DNA from: Octopus bimaculoides
Lineage: Eukaryota
Direction: 5' to 3'
Length of the DNA: 53,688 nucleotides
NCBI RefSeq assembly: GCF_001194135.2
Contig: NC_068981.1
Span: 165,870,330-165,924,017 of the forward strand
This document shows positions 10,865 to 22,460 of this stretch, one piece after another. Position 1 is the first letter of the stretch. Each line of letters starts with the position of its first letter. Below the pieces are notes generated by a model. That model was not told where the DNA came from and searched no databases. It was given only the letters and a program-made list of their open reading frames with translations. Made by a program: the position numbers and the translations under genes.

Positions 10865-12271
10865 GTGTAGATGTATGAAAACTGGCTGAACCCACAAACT
10901 TCTAACTATATTAGTAGACTTCTACACTACACTCTACTCAGTGAACTGGTAACTCTTGCCGTATTGAAGAATTCTACTTGTATACCGGATCAGTGTGTTT
11001 CTGTTTTTGAAGTATACACCAGTTACACAGTTATTATAGGTTTCTTAAAATATTTCAACTTATCTCAGTAGGGCAAATGTAATAACAACAAAATACATAA
11101 GTAGATAATGTTCTAAACTTTTAACAAAAGGTTATAGTCAAGTCCATACCATTGTGTTGTTACACCTTCAAACAACAAAGATTACTCATTTCAGTCATTT
11201 CAACTGTAAAATGGAAATCATTCTTCATGGTTGAATATTTAATGACACATTGTGCAACCAGTTGTAAGACAATTGCTCCAGAATGTTTGTAGGTTTATTA
11301 ACTTCATCTTTTATGTACATAACTAAACAAAGACAATATATAAAGAAATAGTATGTTTTATCTGTTTCACTTCCATTTTTTTCATGGTGGTGATTCCTTT
11401 CTTTCTGTTAACCACTAAAGAAGAAACAGAAGAAATGGAACCCAGTTTAGGCCATTCAAACTGTAGCAATTAGCTTTACAATATTTATTTGAGAAATTTA
11501 TTACAAAAACATCAGGATCAAAATTGGAGGGGAGCATTGCACTCAAGTGTAAGGATAGAGAGAAAAAGAGAGAGAGAGAGAGATTATTAATATTTTGATA
11601 CAAAAAAAAGGAAGATCATATTCTCAGAATTGCATTGTACTGAAGTAAATATAGTACATATATTATTCAAGGTGTGTGTGTGTGTGAAACTGTGAAGATA
11701 CATTTTTTTTTGTTACATGCACTGGATAGTCAGAGAAGGAGGTGTAGTCCTCATGTTCTTTACGGACTGTTGAGATTGATGTTTGATGTCCAGTCTGAAA
11801 TCTGGAGATTGATGTCTGCAGGTGTAAAAAGTGGCCAAAGCAGGAATTTCATAAAGTTACAGTTTGGGGGAAGATAGGACTAGGACATTGTGTGGGCGGT
11901 GAAATTCTGTAGATGATGGGGAGGGAGATTAGCAAGTCAGTATGGGTGGAGAGAGGATGTGCATTTTCTCAGTGCCTCTTGTTCTTAGTGACAGCTGGAC
12001 ATTTTCTTTAAAGCCCCTTTTAAAATGAAGTGGATAGGTTATTAGGTTATCAGTTATTTATTCGTGGTTTTCATCCATTGTAGGAACTTCATTGTTTTTC
12101 ATTACAATATACTTAACTCCAGTGTACTTAGACAATATACTTAAATCACTTCAGTCTACCTTATTGTCAAGAACAAGTTAGCAACAATAGCAACAGTACC
12201 ATTGGGAGATTTGTCTGAAACTTGAGCTATAAGCATTGGCTTTATGAGTTCTTGTGATTTGACAGGAAAAT

Positions 12272-12682
12272 AGGTGCAGGCATGGCTGTGTGGTAAGAAG
12301 CTTGCTTCCCAACCACATGGTTCCAGGTTCAGTTCTACTGTGTGGCACCTTTGACAAGCGTCTTCTACTATAGCCTTGGGCCAACCAAAGCCTTGTGAGT
12401 TGATTTGGTAGATGGAAAGTAAAAGAAGCCCATCACGTATATATGTATATATTTACGTGTGTGTGTCTTTGGGTCTGTTTGCCCCCCCCCCTCCCTACTG
12501 CTTGACAACCAATGTTGGTGCATTTACATCCCCAGCAAAAGGGACTGATAGAATAAGTTCTAGGCTTACAAAGAATAAGTCCTGGAGCCAATTTCTTCAA
12601 CTAAAAATCCCTTTATGGTAGTGCTCCAGCATGGCCGCAGGCAAATGACTGAAACAAGTAAAAGAATAAAAGAATAAAAGAA
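12272..12682 (+). mobile_element. Full-length SINE family B with B1 tail
   Basis: A-box TGGCTGTGTGGTAAG, B-box GGTTCAGTTC, CORE-like segment, internal (TA/TG)n, tail GCTCCAGCATGGCCGCAG...GAAACAAGTAAAAGAATAAAAG. Confidence 0.92.
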
Positions 12683-12800
12683 ATGAATTCTCTACATAGA
12701 TAGTTTCTGTTTTAATTGCCTGGAAAATAAATATATTTTGTGTGAATTATGTGTTTTGATAAATGGTTAGGTTTTAAGCTCTGTGATATATCTTAAACAG

Positions 12801-12832
12801 GTTTTCGTCTGGGAAAGCATGATAAACTGGAG
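12801..12832 (+). CDS. Gene 1 exon (VFVWESMINW)
   Basis: TTAAACAG|G...GAG|GTCAGT, 32 nt, phase 0 to 2, fits its neighbours. Confidence 0.6.
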
Positions 12833-13538
12833 GTCAGTTTTGTTATGGAAATTTGTTTCAGTCAAATAGCATTGAGCAAATAACATTTCAGGGTCACTCA
12901 AAGTGGGTAATCTATTGTATCACTTGTATCATACAATAGATAATTATCACTTTAATTACTTCAACACTAGTTCATATGAACAGAATTTTTATGATTGATA
13001 GTGAGTGTGTGTATGTGTGAGTGTGTGTTTGCAAGTGTGTATGTAATATAGAAGGTGTTTTCCTTATCAAAAGAGCTATTTCTGATTAACTTGTGAGCAT
13101 GCTGGACCTCCTAGCTGAAGGTTTAATGGTTTTTAGTTTGTATTTTGTCATTGGTTCTTCATTGTAATAGGAACCAAGAGAAAGTACATGTCACTGATGT
13201 AAGAAATAAAATACAGTATATGTTAATGAGCTCAGACCTAGAAGAGGATAGTCTCTGCCAACATGACTTTTCCACATTATATTCAAAAACCAAAGTCTTC
13301 AGTGATGCCTTAACAAACTAGTGGCCTACATTAATTGGCATTTTATATAACTTTGTTGTACATTAATTGGCATTTTATATAACTGATTTGGATGGCACCT
13401 TCTCAGTTTTATTTGGTCTCTGTTTACTCAGCTATTCCATTATGAGTGCATATCGTTAAACAAAAAAAAAAAAACTAAAGACCAGTGTGTTTTGAAATGA
13501 TGTGCCTGTGTAGATAGAAATCAACTATGAATAATTAC

Positions 13539-13581
<43 letters not shown>

Positions 13582-13682
13582 TGCACAATTATGTATTATA
13601 GTTTTGCAAAATAGTTTAAAATAATTGTGATAGTGTATTCTTTATTTATAATATAGCTCTCTAACAAAGTTATTGTTATGTA

Positions 13683-14480
13683 CAGGGTGCAAGAGGTATC
13701 CGAGGACATATTTAGTAATCTAATAAAACAATTCTAATCTAGCAACAACAAAATATATTTGTGCTCATGTTTTAGGTAAGCTTCTTATAATATTTTGTGA
13801 ATCTGCCTTTAGCTTTGATGACTGCTTCAAAGCAGGATTGAAACCAGTGACTTGTCTGCACTAAATGGTCCTTGTTCATTTCAGACATCACATAGACAGT
13901 GGTAGCCTTCGCTGAAGCTATGGTATTATGAGGATGTTGATTAGCCTTCTTTTCAACAATGTGTCAAACGTAGTAGTCCATGAAATTTGAATCTTGTGAG
14001 TTTGACAGCCACAAGTTTGATGTTACATGATTGTAAATATTTTCTGGTATTTGTTCTTGGGTTATGCAAGCTTTGTGAGAAGGTGTTGAGTCTTGTTGAA
14101 ACACATATGGCCTTCCACTGCATACTTCATCCAGACCTTATCAACTTCCTCCAGTACCTCAGTGTATCCAGTAGCATTAATTCTATCCATCTATCATTTC
14201 TCCTGTTAGACTTTTGGTCTTGGTCAGTTTTTCTCATCAGAAAAGAACCAAAAAAATGTCATGTGCATGAAGGGTTTTAACCTTGTTAAGTAACCACTAG
14301 GCACGAATCCAGTGATTTTTTTTTTTTTTTTTTGTAACTTTGCAGATATGGATTAGCCTCTCCTTGAAATGTATGATTTGTATCAAATAGCCGTCATTGA
14401 TTTTCCAGGATAATCATTATTATGCTCTGAATCTGTTTGAACGACAGTGTCCTTATAGTGTTCAAACATTTAGAATGTGT
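13683..14480 (-). mobile_element. Decayed Tc1/mariner transposon, DD37D (maT) family transposase relic
   Basis: Manual translation FFSDEKN...NRRNDRW, PYVFQQD-(37 aa)-MDYYV*HIVEKKANQHPHNT...FEAVIKAKG. Terminus TA|CAGGGTG at 13681. Confidence 0.88.
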
Positions 14481-14694
14481 TTTTCTCTTTGATACTGTTG
14501 AAACATTTTTATTGCATCTATATTCTGACGACTACTACTGCTACTACTACTGGTGCTGCTTCTACAATAGCCAGAATATACAATCGAGGAGAGTGACTAG
14601 GTAGTCACCATGGGTATCTAAGACAAGTAGCAAGACCATGTACCATGGTTTTGCTATCTAAATATAAGCTGACAGTGACAATCTGTCAATGCTG

Positions 14695-14890
14695 TTATCC
14701 TTAACCCAGCTGAATCCTCAGGATGTCATTGCTGGAAAGGGAAAGGGATGCACCAGCACTAAACTAGTACTTCATTTATTAAAGTTCAATTGGTTGAAAC
14801 TCAAAAGGCAAAAGTTGGCTTCAGTGGGATCTGAACTGAGAGTGCATAGAGCCAGGACAAATATCAATGCTTTCTTAACAAAGCTCTTAC
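14695..14890 (-). mobile_element. Highly diverged SINE family A-like copy
   Basis: AAAAGGCAAAAGTTGGCTTCAGTGGGATCTGAACT resembles the reverse SINE-A body. Confidence 0.55.
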
Positions 14891-15109
14891 AACTTCTCCA
14901 ATTGATACCTCCTGCTTCTCTATTTCTACACACACATATATATTTACATTACTTTAATCACTTAAGCCCTACGCTCCACTGTTCTCAAACTCTGCACTGT
15001 CCTCCCCTAGTTCTTGTTGGTTTTGAATTTTCATTGATGCTTCTGCAACTTTGAATTTGTGTAGGGCCAAAATCCCTTAAAAGAAATGCAATTTTACCCT
15101 TAGAAAGAA

Positions 15110-15250
15110 GTGGTCCATATTAGTCTGGCCTTTATCCTTTGACCTGTTCTGCATGGTGGGAGGCCTTACAAGGGGCTTCTACTCCATTGGTATAGCTTTC
15201 AGGGTCATTTAGCCAGCCAAGCTATCACACCGCAATAAGGACTGGACCTC
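15110..15250 (-). mobile_element. Probable RTE-clade LINE 5'-region relic
   Basis: ATAGCTTTCAGGGTCATT...AAGC...CACCGCAATAAGG resembles RTE 5' ends as I recall them. Not verified. Confidence 0.35.
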
Positions 15251-15759
15251 ATGATGGACCATATACACACATATTCTGGTTAGTGTTTATGTTGCATGTG
15301 AAAAGACAAAAGGAAGGAAAATTCAATAAATCAACCAGAAGTCTAAATTTCATCTTAACAAATCAACAGTTTATTTCTATATTTGCTATTACTGCCAACC
15401 TCCTTCTGCCATCACTTGAGTTAGTATGTGGTGAGTGTGTGTGTGTGTGTATATGTGTTTGTGTATGTGTACTTGTATGTATACACACATTTTTTCAATA
15501 ATTTTGTTACAGCTTTTATTGCTTTTTGCTGTTATTTTTTTTTCTTGTTTTTTTTTGCAACAACTATTTCAAACCTCCAGCCTTTACACCCCCCACCCCC
15601 GTCACCAATGCTCAGTTCAATATTTCAGTAGTTTTCCTTATGCACCACCTACATACACACACATACACACTCACGCACATACATGTGTACATGTATATAC
15701 TTAAGTAAGCTGTGTAAATATTACAAGCCAGAAAGTATGTTTCCATAATGCAGGCTTAT

Positions 15760-15975
15760 GTTGTTGTTAATGTTGTGTATCTCAGATCAGATCTAATCAA
15801 GCAAACCTGTAACCAAAGACCTTGGTTCAGCCTTTATCACCCCCATCTTTTCACCAGTCATAGTTTATCAAGGATAACTTTATCTAAAGTGTCCTTTATT
15901 CTTAAGACAGTGTAATGTAATTTTAGAGTAGACATGGCTTCTATTTCTAGCAAGCAGGTCAAGCAACCTTGTATA
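15760..15975 (-). mobile_element. Family F interspersed repeat
   Basis: Contains GGCTTCTATTTCTAGCAAG, the reverse of the family signature GCTAGAAATAGCAGC. Confidence 0.7.
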
Positions 15976-16063
15976 GGCTTCATTGACTTAATATATGTAT
16001 TGTAGGCATTTATTTGTGGTATGCATTGTGTGTATAAATATTGTAGTTCATGCTTACATTTAG

Positions 16064-16114
16064 GGAGTACAATGGAATTCCTTACATCCCATTTGAAATC
16101 ACAATGAATCGAAG
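16064..16114 (+). CDS. Gene 1 exon (EYNGIPYIPFEITMNR), 51 nt, apparent non-canonical GA donor
   Basis: TGCTTACATTTAG acceptor. Phase 2 to 2 fits 12832 and 18482 only if spliced at AAG|GATACT. No usable GT follows in frame. Confidence 0.45.
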
Positions 16115-16649
16115 GATACTTTTTCCTTTTTTGCAGTTTCTTTGTTTTCTTTTCTAAAAAAACCTGTGTATACGTTTTATGTGTGTGTATTTCTGGTATG
16201 TGTCTCTCTGTAATTTTCCTCAGCTAGTGTGATTACATGTATGTGGAGTTGTGTATCTGTGTGAATGTAAGTATGTAGATATGTCCGTGCTTAGCCGCCT
16301 GGGCATATGTATGTGAGTATTGCAATATATGTTAACACCATAAACTCATTCACATACACACACTCAATGGTGTGCAGTAATTTGCACCCAAAGTACTTTG
16401 CTTTTGACCAGGTCAGTCAGGTGTTTGTTTGTTCGACAGCTTTCCAGTGACCAATGCTCAAGACAATGACTGTAGTTATCAGGTATGTGTGTGTTTGTGT
16501 GTGTGTGTGTGTGTGTGGTGGGGGGTTAAGTCACAATATATGGATTTCAGTAATCTGGTAATACTCATATAAAATGCTCCTTAATGTATCATTCTACAAA
16601 ATATATAGAATATATATTACAAGAGAAAACAATAAGGAGTGTTGTTTCA

Positions 16650-16770
16650 TTGTTTAACGTCTGCTTTCCATGCTGGCATGGATTGGACGGTTTGACTGAG
16701 GACTGGTGAGCCAGATAGCTGCACCAGGCTCAATCTGATCTGGCAAAGCTTCTACTGCTGGATGCCCTTG
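16650..16770 (-). mobile_element. RTE-type 3' tail fragment
   Basis: GTTTAACGTCTGCTTTCCATGCTGGCATG...GGATGCCCTT. Confidence 0.85.
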
Positions 16771-16796
16771 TATAAAGTCATAAATGACAGAGAAAT

Positions 16797-17329
16797 AGTT
16801 TGATGAAATTTTACTTAACAATAAGAAAATTCAATCATCACAAATTGTTTCCTGACTTAAAAACATGTAAATAATTTATATTATTATATCTAATAATAAA
16901 TGAATTACTTACATGTCTGCATTAATGTAAATTGCAAAAAATCTTTCAAAATAATGCAGAATTTAAGCTACATCCTCAGGTGAAAGAAAGTCTTTGTTAA
17001 ATGCTAAAGTCTCAACAAAATGTTACAAGAATGCAAAGTCAATACTTAAAAGACTATGGAAGACAATAATGATAAATCATCATCATCATCATCGTTTAAC
17101 GTCCGCTTTCCATGCTAGTATGGGTTGGATGATTCGACTGAGGACTGGCAAGCCAGGTGGCTGCACCAGGCTCCAGTCTGATTGGCAGAGTTTCTACAAC
17201 TGGATGCCCTTCCTAACGCTAACCACTCCAAGAGTGTAGAGGGTGCTTAAATTATTTACATGTTTTTAAGTTATGAAACAATTTGTGATATTTAAATTTT
17301 TTTATTGTTAAATAAAATTTCATCAAACT
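16797..17329. mobile_element. AT-rich fold-back element with at least 82-bp inverted arms and a nested RTE-tail insertion (about 17075-17245)
   Basis: 16797-16878 is the diverged reverse complement of 17248-17329. The right arm runs into an N gap. Confidence 0.75.
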
Positions 17330-17659
17330 NNNNNNNNNNNNNNNNNNNNNNNNNNNNNNNNNNNNNNNNNNNNNNNNNNNNNNNNNATATGATATGATGA
17401 TCATCATCATTTTATATATGCTGTCCATGTGGGCATGGGTTGAACTGATCTGCTCATCTGGATGGGCCAGAATGGATGGGGGGCTCTGTTCTCTTGTTCT
17501 CCAATTTGGTTTGGTTTGTATGGCTGGATGCCTTTCCTAACACTAACTGCTTTACAGAGTGTACAAGGTTCTGTTTTCAAACCACTATCACTAAAGAATT
17601 GTCATGTTGTCAATAAGACTAAAGAGTTCTCATAGCATCATACTTTACAAAGTATGAAA

Positions 17660-17975
17660 ATGTGTGGCTTAATGGTTAGGGTATTCAGTTCACAATCATA
17701 AGGTTGTGAGTTCAATTCCTGGTGGCACATTGTGTCCTCGAGCAATACACTTTATTTCACATTGCTCCAGTCCATTCATCTGGCAAAAATGAGTTGTACC
17801 TGTAATTCAAAGGACCAGTCTTGTCACACTCTGTCATGCAGAATCACCTTGAGAACTATGTTAAGGGTACGCGTGTCTATGGAGTGCTCATCCACTTGCA
17901 CGTTAATTTCATGAGCAGGCTGTTCCATTGATTGGATCAACTGGAACTCTCATTGTCATAACCAACCAGTGTACC
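17660..17975 (+). mobile_element. Full-length SINE family C with TSD
   Basis: Head GTGGCTTAATGGTTAGGG...GAGTTCAATTCC. ACTTTACAAAGT duplicated at 17642 and 17980. Confidence 0.9.
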
Positions 17976-18481
17976 AGTTACTTTACAAAGTGTATGGAAT
18001 GCATTTTACATGATGCCAGAATTAGAGAGAGAGAGAGAGAGAGAGCCATGTCCTTGTCACAACTAAAGTGATCTCTGCTCACTTGTCTACCTCATTAGAG
18101 AGTAAAGAAGTATGAGTGATAGAAGCATGAACAATAGTGATGAAAGAGATGTGTGATAGTGGAATGAGAAATAGTTCTCAGTATTCTGAAATAAATACAA
18201 ATATTTGAGGCAATATGACTGAGATGATAGATGTTCAGGATGTGTGAATGAAAAGGAATAAGATTATGTTGGCAGACAATGTGATATAGACTGATGACAT
18301 TACAAGAGATGAATATTTCATAAGTATATGTATGCATACATGCCTCTGTATGTGTATGTGTGTGTGTGTGTAATATAAACATGTATGCATCATCATCATG
18401 TTACATTTGAATTCTGTGTTGACACATGTATTGGTCATCACACGTTGAGTCAATTCTTAATCCAAGTTACTGCTTTTCCAG

Positions 18482-18499
18482 ACAAATCGGAGGACATAC
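18482..18499 (+). CDS. Gene 1 18-nt microexon (QIGGH)
   Basis: TACTGCTTTTCCAG|ACAAATCGGAGGACATAC|GTAAGC. Phase 2 to 2 is required by the next exon. Confidence 0.55.
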
Positions 18500-18604
18500 G
18501 TAAGCATGCATATATTATGTATTGGGCCTTTTAATCCATAGTCTGATTTATCTGCATCACCACCTGGATCCTGGGTACTCTGAGCTCTGTCCATTCCCTT
18601 GCAG

Positions 18605-18677
18605 ACATTTGGAGACTTTGAAAAAGTTCTTTGACACTACTTCTGCTTGTTTGACAAAGAAAAATGCCAAAATGTAA
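18605..18677 (+). CDS. Gene 1 probable last coding exon (HLETLKKFFDTTSACLTKKNAKM*)
   Basis: CCATTCCCTTGCAG acceptor. Only the phase-2 frame stays open to the end. The stop TAA lies inside a GTAAGA donor-like site. AATAAA at 19024. Confidence 0.6.
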
Positions 18678-19087
18678 GAGCTTTATTTAAGTTTTTCATA
18701 AGAGAGTTCAAGCTAGTCGCTATCAAAGTGACAAAACTTTTTGAGTTAAGAGAGTTCCTGGTATTTGTAAATATGAGGTTGAGTTTGTGTGTTGGTTGAG
18801 CTGTCAAAGCACACACTAAAGTGTGTGCCTCTGTTCACCTAAAGAATCTCAGGTGAAGAATTTTGGGGAATGTCTTACAAATCTTCACTGAGCCACTAAT
18901 AGACTGGATTTGGAAAATCCATGTCAGTTACTTTTGGTCTTTCTTTGAAGAACCTAAGAACCTAGTATATCTAGGATTTGTGTATATTTTTGTGTATGTA
19001 TGTATATATGTATGTATGTATAGAATAAAAGGACAGACAGGCAAACAACAGGTATCGGGTCAGATTATAAAATATATTTAAACAACA

Positions 19088-19495
19088 TGGCGTAGGAGTG
19101 GCTGTGTGGTAAGTAGCATGCTTACCAACTACATGGTTCCGGGTTCAGTCCCACTGTGTGGCACCTTGGGCAAATGTCTTCTACTATAGCCTCGGGCCGA
19201 CCAAAGCCTTGAGTGGATTTGGTAGACGGAAACTGAAAGAAGCCTGTCGTATATATGTCTATGTATATATGTATGTGTGTATGTGTATATGTTTGTGTGT
19301 CTGTGTTTGTCCCCCCAACATCGCTTGACAACCGATGCTGGTGTGTTTACGTCCCCGTAACTTAGCGGTTCGGCAAAAGAGACCGATAGAATAAGTACTA
19401 GGCTTACAAAGAATAAGTCCTGGGGTCGATTTGCTTGACTAAAGGCGGTGCTCCAGCATGGCCGCAGTCAAATGACTGAAACAAGTAAAAGAGAG
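19088..19495 (+). mobile_element. Near-consensus full-length SINE family B (B1 tail)
   Basis: All modules intact and CpGs retained. Confidence 0.95.
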
Positions 19496-20390
19496 TAACA
19501 TCTAGATGGAAACGAATGCATAAAGGAGTATACTCGCAAAACACAGGAGATCGGTAAAAGCGCCAAGAAGAGATGTTTGTAATAGGTGCGATGTACGGTG
19601 GTTGTATGTATGTGTGAATGCATGTAGTAAGTATGTATTTATACCTATATGTATCTAAGAGGCATGTATGTATGTATGTATGTCTGAACGAATGTAATAA
19701 GCATATATGTACGTATATACGTAATAAACGTGTGTGTGTGTATGTGTAATAAGCATGTGTGAATGTATGTATACGTTATTGTATTAGAATGCCATCCTAG
19801 AATATTTAGGAACCACTCCGGGATAGTCTGTATTTAGTGTCGGAACCAGTGAAGCAGCTTGTCTTGCTAGATAAATATTTCACACCATTGTCATTCATTG
19901 TTCTTCTCACCTTTGCCACCACCACCACCACCACCAGTTCTTAGCATTCTCACAGTTTTGATAGTGACTCAGAACCTACAAAGACAAAGACAATGGAATA
20001 ACCACTACGACCACCTCTTCTTTTCTCCTCTGCAATCTTTACCGAATACATATTGATTATAATATTTAAGCACATAGGCACACTTTTATACATACATACA
20101 TACACTGCAACGCGTATTAGCATATTACATATACCCACATACTGTTACACGCACACACACACACAACTCATATGCTGTTTCTATCTTCATCAAACAATAA
20201 CAACTTTTCGCTGTCTCACCACTTCGCATACTCTCTATCGACACTTAGACGCCCCAACTCCCACACACTCAAAACATTTGTTGTCTTTCTCACTTTGTCT
20301 TATCCTTCTCAGTGCATACATTCTACACTGCAACAACACCTTGCAATATCTTTTCCTATATGTTACACTGCAACAACACTAGGCGAAACT

Positions 20391-20428
<38 letters not shown>

Positions 20429-20689
20429 ACTACTTACACTTATAACATTTAGCTCTCACTCCCCGCTTTCCTAATACTTACAGCACTTAGCTCTCTTTCT
20501 CTTTCTGCTCAGTATACAGAAATAATAAACACTGCATTTTCTCTCTGTATACTGCACTGTAAAGCTTGTTTCTGTTTTACTTTGTAACATTCCTGTGGCT
20601 CCCGTTTATTTATGAGATTATAATACAATATTCTGTAACAGCATTTGTTCCTGTAATCTTTCACCTCGCACATCTCAGTAACATTGTAT

Positions 20690-20873
20690 AGGAACCTCTC
20701 TATACAGCCGCTCGACCTGTTAACAATAGCAGCCAAATCTCTCAAATTATACCCCTACTGTATAAGAAAAAAAGAACACATTGGACAATGTAATCTTAGA
20801 TATACAAAAAGATGTGATGGTTACGGCTAGAACACATCGATCGTAAGTCAGCTTTTTAGGGCTAAATAACAAT
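20690..20873 (+). mobile_element. Family F repeat
   Basis: CTCGACCTGTTAACAATAGCAGCCAAATCTC...GGGCTAAATAACAAT. Confidence 0.75.
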
Positions 20874-21198
20874 AGGCGCAGGTCTGGCTGTGTTCCAAGT
20901 TCTGTCCGACTGCGTGGCACCTTGCACAAGTGTCTTCTACTGTAAAACATTTTGAGTGGATTTGGCAGACGGAAACGGAAAGAAGCCCGCCGTGTATATA
21001 TATGTGTGTGTGTGTGTCCTCCTACCACCGCTTGGTAACCGGTGTTGGTATGTTTACGTCCCTGAAACTCAGCGGTTAGACAAAAATGACGATGTACGAA
21101 GCTTAGATAAAAATAAGTCCTGGTGTTGATTTGTTCGACTAAAACCCTTCAAGCCGGTAGCCCCAGCATGGCTGCAGTTAAATGACTAAAACAAAAGA
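20874..21198 (+). mobile_element. SINE family B (B1 tail)
   Basis: Same modules as 19088-19495. Confidence 0.9.
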
Positions 21199-21299
21199 TA
21201 GTTGCACCTGGCGTCCATCAATCGACCCTAACCCCCACTTCAAGCTGTCACTGTAGTTACTTTGCCCTGCTACACTCACCTCAGTTACAGTACTTCTTT

Positions 21300-21522
21300 C
21301 TAGGCTGGTAAAAGTAGCAGTCAAATTACTCTCAAATGTCATACCATCGTCTCATTATGAAGGAAGGACACGTTTAGAGAAAGAGAGCGCGTGTGCGTAG
21401 TTGAAAGAGATTTTCCATGGTTGGTGTCGTAGAGGTACGAGAGGACGGAATGGTCACGATTGAAATGCCAGTGATCATAGGTTTCTGTCAACTCAGTGAG
21501 ATTTGACATAGAGAACAACAAG
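21300..21522 (+). mobile_element. Diverged family F repeat
   Basis: GTAGCAGTCAAAT...GAAGGACAC...ATGGTCACGATTGAAATGCC..GATCATAGGT...AACAACAA collinear with other F copies. Confidence 0.65.
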
Positions 21523-22460
21523 CCATATTTACTTTCTCTCTCTCTCTCTCTCTCCCACTGCACTTTAACAATATTTACTGTACCTCCTCTCCGTGTTATA
21601 ACCATTTGCCGGCTTCTTTCTCCCGCGACGGATTCATACATATAATACACACACACACACGTAGATGCATGCATTCACACATTGTTTACACGCTATTTAC
21701 TGCAGTCCTCCTCAACACACAAATTGCTATACAATTGTCTCGGCATTTCCACGAGGATTATTGACCCAATCACATAAAATCTCTCTCGCTCACCCATTTG
21801 CTATCTCTCTAGCTTTCTTTCTCTTTCTCTCTGCCTTCACATCCCGGTGTTGTCACTGTTAAGATATGCATAAGTAATTGTGTATACGCTAATACGTGTG
21901 TCTTTCTTTCTTTTTTCTTTTCCTCTTCTTTCTCACACCACTCCTTCACTTCTCCTTCAGCTCTCCCTTCTCCCCGCATTATCTTGCTTCTGACTTCATA
22001 ATTTCCTCGTTCCATTGCGCTATATATCTCTAACAACTCTATCGTGTGAAAACGTCAACAAACACACAAATACGGCCACCATCCGACCAATCAAGCAACA
22101 ATAAAAGTGTACTAAATAATAACTCCGCCACCATCACTAACAACTACAACAATGTGTTTGTGACAAGTTCAAGTTCACCCTCGCCTTCTTACCTTTTAAT
22201 TACCTCAAGTAATACAAACAGTACACACGCAGGACTCCTTCTAATATGTGCAGGGTGGTTGCTCGGCTGGGTTTACTGATATATATTTTGTTATTCCAGT
22301 TTATCGATCTCTTTCTTCACACATTGGAACCATTGTAACTACTGTTTGTTACTACTTCAACTACTACTCCCAGTGCAGTTCTTTTTTTTTGCGTGTACTT
22401 AATACTGTGAAAACCAGAAAGCAAAGCATTTGCTGCTAAATGTTTTACTTCTTACACCAG

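Noticed and set aside
11674-11990. GC-richer purine-biased block, possibly coding or a retroelement relic
   Set aside because: All frames examined contain stops or lack recognisable motifs. Left unannotated.
18703-18760. In-frame continuation EFKLVAIKVTKLFELREFL after exon 18605
   Set aside because: It would need a 29-nt intron, too short for a typical metazoan spliceosomal intron.
19088-19170. tRNA gene candidates (A/B boxes here and in other heads)
   Set aside because: They are SINE heads continuing into SINE bodies, with no complete cloverleaf.
20509-20745. Minus-strand ORF with an acceptor-like TTAACAG
   Set aside because: It starts inside a family F copy and no homology was recognised.
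21339-21674. Apparent two-exon minus-strand gene (MVITRRG/ETYDHWHFNRDHSVLSY) and plus-strand MVGVVEVREDGMVTIEMPVII
   Set aside because: The segment 21300-21522 is collinear with family F repeats, so the reading frames are incidental.
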